DNA of 64,000 nucleotides, taken from NCBI GenBank assembly GCA_963828525.1, contig CAWHEP010000008.1, forward strand, positions 352,001 to 416,000, written 5' to 3'. The first letter of the stretch is position 1. Each line of letters starts with the position of its first letter. This DNA comes from an uncultured Verrucomicrobiae bacterium (GTDB lineage Bacteria > Verrucomicrobiota > Verrucomicrobiia > Chthoniobacterales > Chthoniobacteraceae). The notes under the pieces are model-generated. The model ran no database searches and was not told the DNA's origin. It saw only the letters and a program-made list of their open reading frames with translations. The position numbers were made by a program, and so were the translations under genes. This document shows positions 55,055-64,000 of this stretch, in pieces.

Positions 55055-57172
55055 ATGGCTGTCCTAACGATTAAAATACCTGACTCCCAAGAGGTCACGC
55101 ATGAGCTGACAGGGGACACTGTAACCGTGGGGCGCATCGCGGAAAACGCCTTACAGATAAAGCATGACACCGTTTCCAGCCGTCACGCCCGGTTCATTCT
55201 GACCAACGGTCACTACAAGATCGAGGATCTCGATTCGACCAACGGCACTTTCGTAAACGGCTCGAAGGTAAAGGTTGCTTACCTGCGGGACGCCGACAAG
55301 CTCACGCTGGGCGATGTCGAGTGCGTCATCAGCACCCAGCAGCAGGCGGCGATCGCCACGCGCCCGGCGGAGGGAAGCGCCCAGCCGTCTGAAGCGGTCA
55401 ACCTTGCCAGGAAGCGGGAAGCCGACCTCTCCAACAAGCTGGACGAAGCAACTAAACTCGCGGAAAGCGAGGCAAAGTCCCATGCCGCCGCGCGCGAGCA
55501 GATGGCGGAACTTGCCCGCCAACTCGCGGAGCAGAAGGAATTTTCCTCCCCCCGCGCTCCTGCCGCTGAAACCAGCGCTCCCGCCGCCGAAGCCCGGGCG
55601 GCCGCCCTGGCGGAAGAACTCCAGACGACGAAGGAGAGCCTGGCAGAAGCCATCGGGAAGCTGGCCGCCGTGGAGAGAAGCTCAGCGGACTTGCGCGGAC
55701 TGCATCAGTCCGCGGTTTCAGAACGTGACGATCTTGCGCGCTCTCTTGAGGAGCACAAGCGCCTGCTCGCCGATGCGGGGTCAGGGAAGGATGCGCTGCT
55801 GGAGACCGCCACAAGGCTTGAATCATCGGAAGAGACGATCCGGCGTTTGACGGAAGAACTCGAATCTGCCAGGAGCCGTGAATCGGATCTCCGGACACGC
55901 CTCGACGAGGCAGCCAGCGCAGCGGAGGAAGCAGCAAGAGCCCATGAGGCCACGCTCGCGGAAAAGCAGGGACTCTCCGCGAAAGCGGAACACCATGAGA
56001 GACTGCTTGCCACCGCAAGTGAGCAATCGATCCAAGCTGAGTTGGTCGCCGCGCAACTGGCTGAGACGCAGAAGCAAAAGGACCTGATCCAGAAAGATCG
56101 AGATACTGGGCGCGCCTGGAATCAGGAACTTCAGACCAAGATCGAGGAGGAGCGCAAGAACTCCGCTTCCATAACGCTGCAGCGGGACGGCCTGCAACAG
56201 AAGCTCACGCAAACCGGGGCGCAATTGAACGAGATTCAAAAGCAGCTCGATACACTCGGCAAGGAGCGCGACACGCTGCGTTTCAAGAACCAAGAGATAC
56301 AGGGGAAGCTGGACGAGCAGCGCAAGCAGGCCGATCTCCTTTCCGGCCAGCGAGAAGCCACGCTGCAAAAACACAACGAGGCGCAGTCGCGCCTGGCTGA
56401 CACCCAGAAGCAACTGGAATCCACCGCAAGAGATCGCGACGGGCTTCGCGCCAAAAACCAGGAACACGCGCTCAAGCTGGAGGAGCAGCGGAGACAAATC
56501 TCGCTCCTCACCACGCAACGCGAGGGCGGGTTGCAGAGAAGCGATCAACTGCTCTCGCAGACCGCCGATCTGCAAAGACAGCTCGACGCGGTAAGCAAGG
56601 AACGCGACTCCCTGCGTAGCAAAAACCAGGAGCTTGGCCGCAAGGCGGAGGAGCAATCGCGCCAGGCGAATTCTTCCACAGGGCAGGCGGGAGATCTGCA
56701 ACGGAAGCTAAGTCTCGCGGAAGCCCGCGTCGCTGAGCTGGAGCAAAAGGCGGACACTTTAGGAGGAGAACGCGATGCGCTGCATTCTGAAAAGAAGCAG
56801 ATGGCCGAGCTCTCCGCTGAACTTCAGAAAGCGCGCGACCAAGCCAAGGACGCGCTGGAGAAGCTAAATGCCGATCTGGAAGAGGCTCGGAACCAGATCG
56901 CCGCGCAGAAAGGCGATTCAGAACAAGCAGCCGCCCGCCTGGCCGTTTTAGAGAGGGATTTGTCCGACGCGCGCGCCGAGCTTATCCAGAAGGACGCCAG
57001 GATCGCCACCTTGCAGAACGACGTGACCGGTCAGAAACCGAAAGAAGCGGGCGCGGTTTCCCCTCTTCCCCCGCTGGCGCGGCCAAAGCCGCCCGCGTGG
57101 TTCGTCACGAGGATGGAGCAACTCAAGAAAGAGCTTGCCGCGCCCGAAGAGAAGCCAGCGGACGCCCGCTAG
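55055..57172 (+). CDS. FHA domain protein with long repetitive coiled coil (705 aa)
   Basis: VGR..VSSRHA..DLDSTNGTFVNG FHA motifs; about 550 aa of heptad-rich helix. Confidence 0.88.
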   Translation: MAVLTIKIPDSQEVTHELTGDTVTVGRIAENALQIKHDTVSSRHARFILTNGHYKIEDLDSTNGTFVNGSKVKVAYLRDADKLTLGDVECVISTQQQAAIATRPAEGSAQPSEAVNLARKREADLSNKLDEATKLAESEAKSHAAAREQMAELARQLAEQKEFSSPRAPAAETSAPAAEARAAALAEELQTTKESLAEAIGKLAAVERSSADLRGLHQSAVSERDDLARSLEEHKRLLADAGSGKDALLETATRLESSEETIRRLTEELESARSRESDLRTRLDEAASAAEEAARAHEATLAEKQGLSAKAEHHERLLATASEQSIQAELVAAQLAETQKQKDLIQKDRDTGRAWNQELQTKIEEERKNSASITLQRDGLQQKLTQTGAQLNEIQKQLDTLGKERDTLRFKNQEIQGKLDEQRKQADLLSGQREATLQKHNEAQSRLADTQKQLESTARDRDGLRAKNQEHALKLEEQRRQISLLTTQREGGLQRSDQLLSQTADLQRQLDAVSKERDSLRSKNQELGRKAEEQSRQANSSTGQAGDLQRKLSLAEARVAELEQKADTLGGERDALHSEKKQMAELSAELQKARDQAKDALEKLNADLEEARNQIAAQKGDSEQAAARLAVLERDLSDARAELIQKDARIATLQNDVTGQKPKEAGAVSPLPPLARPKPPAWFVTRMEQLKKELAAPEEKPADAR
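56069..56665 (+). repeat. 3.5 copies of a 168-nt (56-aa) coding repeat
   Basis: Units start at 56069, 56237, 56405 and 56573 (QKQK/QKQL/QKQL/QRQL..RD..R..NQE...K.EE.RK). Confidence 0.8.
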
Positions 57173-57173
57173 C

Positions 57174-58610
57174 CTAAAACACGTATCCTTCTTCGCCGTG
57201 ATCGAGGATATCGAGGCCCTGCCGCTCCAATTCACGCGGCGGCCGCAGACCGACGGTCAGGCGGACAATGAACCCAGCCGCGAAGGAACCCGCGACGGTG
57301 AGCAGGATTGTCAACGCCACAGCCTTCAGCTGCTCCATCCACAACGTTCTCCCGACCAGATCACCCATGCTCGACGCGATGCGGGGATTTACACTGGTGG
57401 TTGCGAGAATGCCGGTGAGAATCGCGCCGACCGTGCCTCCTACGGCGTGTATGCCGAAAGTATCCAGAGCGTCATCATAACCAAAACGCGCCTTTAGCTT
57501 CACAACGGCCAGAAACGGCACTATCCCGGCGATCACCCCGATCAGGACCGCGCCAGTGGAGTTCACGTATCCGCAGGCGGGGGTTATCACGACGAGACCG
57601 GCAACCGCGCCGGAACAGAATCCGAGGACACTCGGCTTGCCCTTGGTCGCATATTCAACCATCGCCCACACGAAGGACCCCACGGCAGCGGCCAGCGTGG
57701 TTGTCATGAAGGCGTTGGAGGCGACGCCATCGGCCCCCAAAGCGCTCCCGGCGTTGAACCCATACCAGCCCACCCAGAGCATTCCCGTTCCGACCATGCA
57801 TAGCACCAGGCTGTGCGGAGCCATATGCTCCTTCCTGAATCCGAGCCTCGGCCCCACCAGTATGCAGAGAACGAGCGCCGACCATCCGGAGGTCATGTGA
57901 ACCACAGTGCCGCCCGCGAAATCAAGCGCCTTCACCCGGGCGCCGGGATTTAGCGCTCCGTTTAACAGCCCATCCGCCGACCACACCATGTGAGCCATCG
58001 GGAAATAAACGAAGAACATCCATAGAGTCACGAAGAGAAGAACCGCGGAGTACTTCATCCTCTCCGCCACGGCTCCCATGATGAGAGCCGGAGTAAGAAT
58101 GGCAAACATCAGCTCGTACATGCAGTAAACATTGTGCGAGACCCAGAAGGAGTAGGGTGGATGCGGATCGGAATCCACCCCCCGAAGAAACGCATACTTC
58201 AGCCCGCCCAAAAAGGGGTTTCCCGGCGCAAACGCGAGGCTGTAACCAACCGCCCACCAGAGGATCGTCACCAACCCCGCAATTCCGAAGCACTGGGCAA
58301 GCACCGAGAGCACATTCGTCCTGCGCACCAACCCGCCATAGAAGAGCGCAAGGCCGGGTAGCGTCATGAAAAGAACAAGCGCTGTAGAAATCATCATCCA
58401 CGCGTTGTGACCAGGACCAGGCCCAGCGATGTTTGTTGTGACACCGGCCTTTGTGAAGTCCGCGCCACGTGGCCCATTATTCATATAGGCTTCCAGATCG
58501 CGCAGGCGTTGTTCCGTGGAAGGCGCGGCGTATACAGGCGACGGGCTGTCCGCCGCGCTGGCGCGACAGAGCGCGATTGCAAAGAGAGTGACAAGGATGA
58601 TGCGATTCAT
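57174..58610 (-). CDS. amtB: Ammonium transporter
   Basis: PGLALFYGGLVR, DFAGGTVVH, LWVGWYGFNAGS, DDALDTFGIHAVGG, HGEEGY. Confidence 0.95.
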   Translation of the reverse strand: MNRIILVTLFAIALCRASAADSPSPVYAAPSTEQRLRDLEAYMNNGPRGADFTKAGVTTNIAGPGPGHNAWMMISTALVLFMTLPGLALFYGGLVRRTNVLSVLAQCFGIAGLVTILWWAVGYSLAFAPGNPFLGGLKYAFLRGVDSDPHPPYSFWVSHNVYCMYELMFAILTPALIMGAVAERMKYSAVLLFVTLWMFFVYFPMAHMVWSADGLLNGALNPGARVKALDFAGGTVVHMTSGWSALVLCILVGPRLGFRKEHMAPHSLVLCMVGTGMLWVGWYGFNAGSALGADGVASNAFMTTTLAAAVGSFVWAMVEYATKGKPSVLGFCSGAVAGLVVITPACGYVNSTGAVLIGVIAGIVPFLAVVKLKARFGYDDALDTFGIHAVGGTVGAILTGILATTSVNPRIASSMGDLVGRTLWMEQLKAVALTILLTVAGSFAAGFIVRLTVGLRPPRELERQGLDILDHGEEGYVF

Positions 58611-58802
58611 GGAATTAGGCGTTCGGGGCACGGATTGTCGCGCCATCAAGCAGTTTGGCAAGTCAAAGCGTTCGCGTCGCCTGCTGCCGTTGGCAAATCC
58701 CAATTGACGCGCGCCGGATGCCATTATTCCACACAGGGAACCGCTCTCAGGAATCGGCGATGAGCACCGCCGCGGAATGGCAGAGAACCTGCGCCTAAGT
58801 TT

Positions 58803-59198
58803 TCACACCTTCGGCGCCTCGGGCATCTCTGGGACGTTCTCTTTGATACACTTGACCACAGCGGCAAGGCTGACGGGCTTCGCAAGAAACTTGAATCCGC
58901 CAATCAACGCGCCAGGGGTGACCTCCTGCGGAGACACAATCGCAGTGAGAAAAACGATAGGCGTGTCTTTCAGGGCAGGATCAGCCTGAATCTGGGAAGC
59001 AACGCCTCCGCCGTCCATCTTGGGCATCACGATATCGAGCAGGATGAGGTGCGGTTTGAAAGAACGGGCGGTCTCATACCCGAGCGACGCGTCGTTTTGC
59101 TCTTGCACGCTGTAGTTGCCGGTCTTTTCCAGCGTCAACTTCAGGAGCCGGGTGAAACCCGACTCATCGTCGATCACTAGAATGCGTGTTTTTTCCAT
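58803..59198 (-). CDS. Single-domain response regulator
   Basis: VIDDE, LLDIVMP, FLTA, KP. Confidence 0.92.
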   Translation of the reverse strand: MEKTRILVIDDESGFTRLLKLTLEKTGNYSVQEQNDASLGYETARSFKPHLILLDIVMPKMDGGGVASQIQADPALKDTPIVFLTAIVSPQEVTPGALIGGFKFLAKPVSLAAVVKCIKENVPEMPEAPKV

Positions 59199-59202
59199 AA
59201 AC

Positions 59203-60831
59203 TTAAGCTTTGAACATGATCGTGACCCGCGCGCCGCCCTCGGGGCGGTTTTTAATATCGATGGTTCCGCTGTGCAAGTCGATTATAGTCTTCGTGACCG
59301 TCAAGCCAAGCCCCGTCCCCTGCCCCGTAGGCTTCGTCGTGAAGAAGGGATCGTAAAGTTTGCTCAGTTTGTCGCTGGCGATCCCGGTGCCGGTGTCATC
59401 GACCTCCGCCACCACCACGGTATCACCCACGCGGAAGTTTTCGGTCCGGGTGTCACCAATATTCTGTCCTACTCCCGTGAGTTGCTTGGCATAGCTCCTT
59501 ACGGTGAGAATCCCGCTCCCCGACATCGCGTGGATCGCGTTTGTGAAGACGTTCACAAACACCTGTCCCACTTTTACATCGTCCAACTTCAGCAATGGGA
59601 GCGCCGGGTCCAACTCCCGCTCTACCGTCATACCGCCACCCATTTCGCCGCGGACGAGAGTGAGTGATTGCTCGATGACCGCATTCAGGCTGCCTGTCTT
59701 CACCTCCAAGTTCTTCGGAGCCGAGAAGTCCAGCAGACCGCGCACGACATTGTCTGCTCTTTTAACAGCCGCAAGGATGTCGTTCAAGACAGTGGCAGCG
59801 CTTTCGCGCTCGATTGAATCCTGGTTCAGCAGGTACTCCACTCCCATAGTGATAATCGCCAACGGGTTCTTGACCTCATGCGCGACACCCGCGGCAAGCC
59901 GGCCAATGGACTTCATCTTCTCGGCTTCGATGAGCTGCAGTTGCACTGAGCGCAGCTCCTCGTGCGCGCGCTTCAGATCACTGACGGCCCTTAGGAGATC
60001 CTGCTGGCTTCTGGAGAGCTCCGCATTCGCCTCTCTCAGTTGCTCCTGCGCGATGCGCTGCTCGGTGATATCGCGTCCGATGCATACCATCCCCGTTGGC
60101 CGGTTCTGAGCGTCTTTCAGAGGGACCTTGGTCGTAGAAACCCATCGCCTTCGCCCATCCGCGCTCACGCTAGGCTCCTCTCGATTCAGCAGGGCGTTGC
60201 CAGACGCGATGATGGCCTGATCATCCGCATGGTATTGAGTAGCGATCTCCGGCGGAAAAAAGTCGAACACTGTTTTCCCAACAATATTCTCCTCGCTTTG
60301 CGCCCTGAGCAGACGCATGTGAGCCGCGTTGTCGATCACGTAATGACCCGCCGCGTCCTTCGCGTAAATATAGTCAGGCAGATTGTCCAACAGGTTGCGG
60401 AGGAGATTCCGCTCGCGCGCGAACGCCTCGTCCGTTCGATGCCGCTCCACGGCATAACGCATAGCGCGAAGCAGCAGATGACTGTCGATCTGGCCTTTGA
60501 CGAGATAATCCTGCGCCCCAGCGTGCATCGTGTAGATGGCGAGTTCCTCGTCGTCCAGGCCACTCAGGATGATAATGGGAAATCGACTGGGATGCGCCCT
60601 CGCCCGCTTGAAGGTTTCGATGCCTGAGCAGTCCGGCAGAGTGAGATCCAGCAGGATAAGGTCAATTGCCTCCGAATCCAACTTCTGCAGGCCTTCGGCG
60701 AGTGTCTGCGCGATCCATTTCACCTTGAACGCGCTCCTGGACGCCTCCACCATCGCGTCCAAAAGACGCGCGTCGATCGGATTGTCCTCTATAAGGAGAA
60801 CCGTGAGTTCCTGGAGCGTGGGAACAATCAT
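59203..60831 (-). CDS. REC-PAS-histidine kinase
   Basis: N-terminal receiver, PAS, GVAHEVKNPL, FFTTKPTGQGTGLGL. Confidence 0.93.
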   Translation of the reverse strand: MIVPTLQELTVLLIEDNPIDARLLDAMVEASRSAFKVKWIAQTLAEGLQKLDSEAIDLILLDLTLPDCSGIETFKRARAHPSRFPIIILSGLDDEELAIYTMHAGAQDYLVKGQIDSHLLLRAMRYAVERHRTDEAFARERNLLRNLLDNLPDYIYAKDAAGHYVIDNAAHMRLLRAQSEENIVGKTVFDFFPPEIATQYHADDQAIIASGNALLNREEPSVSADGRRRWVSTTKVPLKDAQNRPTGMVCIGRDITEQRIAQEQLREANAELSRSQQDLLRAVSDLKRAHEELRSVQLQLIEAEKMKSIGRLAAGVAHEVKNPLAIITMGVEYLLNQDSIERESAATVLNDILAAVKRADNVVRGLLDFSAPKNLEVKTGSLNAVIEQSLTLVRGEMGGGMTVERELDPALPLLKLDDVKVGQVFVNVFTNAIHAMSGSGILTVRSYAKQLTGVGQNIGDTRTENFRVGDTVVVAEVDDTGTGIASDKLSKLYDPFFTTKPTGQGTGLGLTVTKTIIDLHSGTIDIKNRPEGGARVTIMFKA

Positions 60832-62552
60832 CGAGCCTGGCCTTGGGGCGCTTCGACGACGTTCCTGCGGGGAACTGTTTTGAAAAGCGCCTCGCGCAAC
60901 GAACCAAGAGTAAAGGGCTTGCTCACAACGAGATCAACCCCAAATGGCTGCTCGCCCGCTCCGCTCATAAGATCACCGAACCCCGTCAAAAGAACGACCG
61001 GCATCCGAGGATCGAGCTTTTTGATGTGCGAAGCCAGCTGATCCCCGTTCATCTCCGGCATCGCGCGGTCGGTGAGCACCACGTCGTACGATCCGGATTG
61101 GAATTTCTCCAAACCTTCCCGCCCATTCCCGGCAGTGTCGACGACGTGCCCATCCTCATGCAGGTATACAGTGACTACTTCACGCACGAGGGGGTCATCT
61201 TCCACAACGAGCACCCGCAGGGGCGCCGAAATCGTGCCAACCGCCGCGCCGCGCGGCGGAGCCTTCTCTTCCTTCTTCACCGGAAGCGAGATCGTGATCG
61301 TCGTGCCCGTGCCGAGCTGGCTTTCGATTTTGATGTCTCCCTCGTGCCGTCTGACGATCCCATAAACGATTCCAAGCCCCAGACCGGTGCCGTGTTGCTC
61401 CTTTGTCGAGAAGAAAGGTTCCAAACAGCGCGAACGAACTTCCTCTGACATTCCCATGCCGGTATCCGAGACTTGTATGCATGCGCAGTTGCTGTCGGAA
61501 TAAGCTCGGACGGTGATGGTACCATCCATCGTAAATGCGTCCACGGCGTTGAAGATGACGTTTGTCACCATCTCCCGAAGCTCTCCTTCGTTGCCCATGA
61601 TGGCGGGCACTTCCCGGAGATCTGTCTCCATTTTGATGTAGATGCCATTGGCCTGCGCCAGATCCTTCCACTGAGGCCGGGTGAATGAGATAGCCTGCTC
61701 GATAATGTCATGCAATGACACCGCTTCGGAAACTTCCGCCTCCTCGCGATAGCGATAAAACTCCCGCAAACGGCTCACGACCTTCGCGCTATCGCGAGCC
61801 GCGGAATTGATCATCCTCAGGTAGTTATCCGCGCGTTCGGTGTCCTGAAGTGTCTCAGGATGCATTATGAGCAGTTCGCTGAATCCCATGATGGGGGCCA
61901 AAGCATTATTAAAATCGTGCGCGATGCCGCTAGCCATCCTGCCCAGCGCGTGCAGGCGCTCGCGTTGGATAATGTGCTGTTGAGTGGCCTTGATCTGGTT
62001 CAACGCCTCGGCAAGCTGCCCATTGCTCTCCCGCAATGCGTCTTCTGCTCTCTTCCGCTCATTTATCTCCCTTTTCAGATCGCTGTTGGACTTCTGCAAC
62101 TCCGCTGTCCGTTCCGCCACTCGCTTCTCAAGCTCATGATGCGCTTTGGTAAGCTCCTGCTGGGAACGCTGCCGCTCGATCGCATACTGCATCGAGCGAA
62201 CCAGCCAATGTTTGTCCACGTGGCCTTTGACCAGGTAGTCTTGGGCCCCCCTGTTCACCGTGTTCACGGCAAGCGCTTCATCATCCAAGCCGCTCAGAAC
62301 GATGATGGGCACTTCATTGGCGTGAGCAAACACCCGAGTGAATGTTTCCAGGCCCTCGCTATCGGGAAGGCTAAAATCCAGCAGGATCAGCCGGATGTCC
62401 CCTTGATAGAGACGCTCCAGTCCCGCTGCCAATGTCTCGACCGCAAACAGCTTGAAGTGACCCGCGCGCGACTCGGCGAGCATCTGCTGAAGCAGTGCGG
62501 AATGCTGGAGGTTGTCCTCAATTAGAAGAACGTTGACCGCGCTATCACTCAT
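60828..62552 (-). CDS. REC-HisKA-HATPase-REC hybrid kinase
   Basis: Two receivers flanking GIAHDFNN and FFSTKEQHGTGLGL. Confidence 0.93.
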   Translation of the reverse strand: MSDSAVNVLLIEDNLQHSALLQQMLAESRAGHFKLFAVETLAAGLERLYQGDIRLILLDFSLPDSEGLETFTRVFAHANEVPIIVLSGLDDEALAVNTVNRGAQDYLVKGHVDKHWLVRSMQYAIERQRSQQELTKAHHELEKRVAERTAELQKSNSDLKREINERKRAEDALRESNGQLAEALNQIKATQQHIIQRERLHALGRMASGIAHDFNNALAPIMGFSELLIMHPETLQDTERADNYLRMINSAARDSAKVVSRLREFYRYREEAEVSEAVSLHDIIEQAISFTRPQWKDLAQANGIYIKMETDLREVPAIMGNEGELREMVTNVIFNAVDAFTMDGTITVRAYSDSNCACIQVSDTGMGMSEEVRSRCLEPFFSTKEQHGTGLGLGIVYGIVRRHEGDIKIESQLGTGTTITISLPVKKEEKAPPRGAAVGTISAPLRVLVVEDDPLVREVVTVYLHEDGHVVDTAGNGREGLEKFQSGSYDVVLTDRAMPEMNGDQLASHIKKLDPRMPVVLLTGFGDLMSGAGEQPFGVDLVVSKPFTLGSLREALFKTVPRRNVVEAPQGQAR

Positions 62553-62702
62553 ACAGAACTGCATCGGGAACCTGGGGCCGGATCGCGCTTTCTCGCGCGC
62601 AAGCCCTTGAGCCAAAGTGATAAAGTAGCATCTTTTTCAACCCATCAAAGCGCCGGCTACGCTCTGGCCCTTCCCATGAGGAAAGGTGGCCCACCACGAG
62701 CG

Positions 62703-64000
62703 CTATGCAGGGCTTGCTCCCAGCGTATGAGCCACTTCCATGCCGACGAGGCACACGTCATCCGTAAATTGTCTGTCTTCCGCGTAGAGCGCGCACCTCC
62801 GCCAGCGTCCCGTCGAATAAAGCGCCTGTGGGGAGTTGCATATGCCTGCGAACGGACTCGTGCAATGCCGCCTGATCAAAGAAATCCCCATTTTCGGCTT
62901 CCACCTCATACAACCCATCCGTGAACAGCATGATCAGGTCGCGAGGAGCAAGATTAGCTTCGTACGTGGTATAAGCGCATCGCTCAAACATTCCAAGCGC
63001 TGGCCCGGGGCGGCACCCTGCCAATCCGGAGAGCGCTTGCACCACCCCCTCGTCTCGCCGGATGTGCAGAGCTGGCGGATGGCCCGCGTTCGAATACCAC
63101 ATACGTCCGGAGGAGACATCGGCGACTACGTAGAACGCGGTAGCGAACATCGGGGTGCGGGTTCTCTTCAGTATCGAGATAAGAGCGCGGTTTATCTGTG
63201 TGAGGAATGTTCCGGGTTCAGACGCCACATCGAGCAGTTCTTCGATGAGAGCCCGCTGGATCGCCGTCACGAGCGCCGCCCTGACGCCATGTCCCATCAC
63301 GTCGCAGATGAAGACGCCCGCCGCCGTTTCCGAGATCGGCAAAATATGGAAGAAATCTCCGCCAACCGCAGTGGTGGGAAGGTACCGGGCGTAAAAGTGC
63401 AAGGCGCTCTCAGCCGTATCGGCCTTGCGCGGGAAGCTCGGGTACTGCTGCGGGAGAAACGCCTGCTGAATCTCCCTTGCCATATGCAGATCCTCCTCGT
63501 GCTGGGCGTTCTTTTCCCTTAACTCCTGATTGTAGCGGGCAGCCTCTTCCTCCGCGCGCTTGCGGGCTGTGATATCCCGCCCAATGCCTACCAGCCCAAT
63601 GATCTGCCCATCGCGGTTTCTCAGGGGCAGCTTGCTGGTGGCCAGCCATCGCTTTTTGCCGTTGTTCTCGGACGCCGCCTCTTCGCGGCCGAGGATCGCC
63701 GTGCCCTCCTTTATGACAGCGTCATCATCCGCATGGAACCGCATCGCCACTTCCCTGGGGAAAAAATCGAAGGCTGTCCTCCCAACCACCTCCTCCATCC
63801 TTTCCGCCTTGAGAGATTTTGAATGGGCGACGTTATCCAGCATGTATCTTCCCTCGCTGTCCTTCACGTAGATCGCATCCGGGAGATTATCGATGACGCT
63901 TCTTAGCAGATTCCGCTCCTCGGCAAGGGCGTTATCGGCCTCCACGCGCTTGATCGCGTACCGAATCGCGCGGACGATAAGCGGTGTATCTACCTCGCCT
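62703..64000 (-). CDS. (REC)-PAS-SpoIIE/PP2C phosphatase (RsbU-like), 5' truncated by window, frameshift near 62785
   Basis: AREIQQAFLP, VGGDFF, CDVMGHG, NAGHPP, FTDGLYE, DDVCLV; receiver tail IVRAIRYAIKR at the window end. Confidence 0.92.

Noticed and set aside
58705..58725. Sigma-54 promoter upstream of amtB (TGGCAT...GC on the minus strand)
   Set aside because: GG-N10-GC spacing is present, but the -12 element lacks TTGC; too weak in GC-rich DNA.

Overview
Bacterial chromosomal window, GC-rich by eye. The gene content suggests Verrucomicrobiota (Chthoniobacterales/Spartobacteria-like), which is an inference. Many genes, including housekeeping ones (fmt, lysA, sucA, secDF, glnB), carry single-base indels, most likely long-read consensus errors. 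1-7.9 kb: the 3' end of a phosphoketolase, a His-rich small membrane protein, a SpoIIAA-like protein, a complete N-type ATPase operon (atpDCQRBEFAG, c-subunit with ESTxxY) and a phosphomannose-isomerase remnant. 8-17.6 kb: a divergent SDR/TetR pair; an orphan multi-PAS hybrid kinase lying between a Gfo/Idh/MocA gene and a diverged second copy of that gene's 3' end; then an SDR, RecQ and a VOC protein. 17.6-26 kb: an MdtABC-like RND system followed by a GH18 hydrolase. 26-50 kb: mostly core genes (LysR, yggS, lysA, glnB, sucAB, ispE, fmt, GT9, an SRP RNA invisible to the ORF track, secG, DUF72, ruvB, a short sigma-70, secDF, yajC). 50-64 kb: TSUP-USP, AraC-hydrolase-GH16, an FHA protein with 56-aa coiled-coil repeats, amtB, and a four-gene phosphorelay/PP2C cluster. 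No tRNA, rRNA, CRISPR array, transposase or integrase was recognised.
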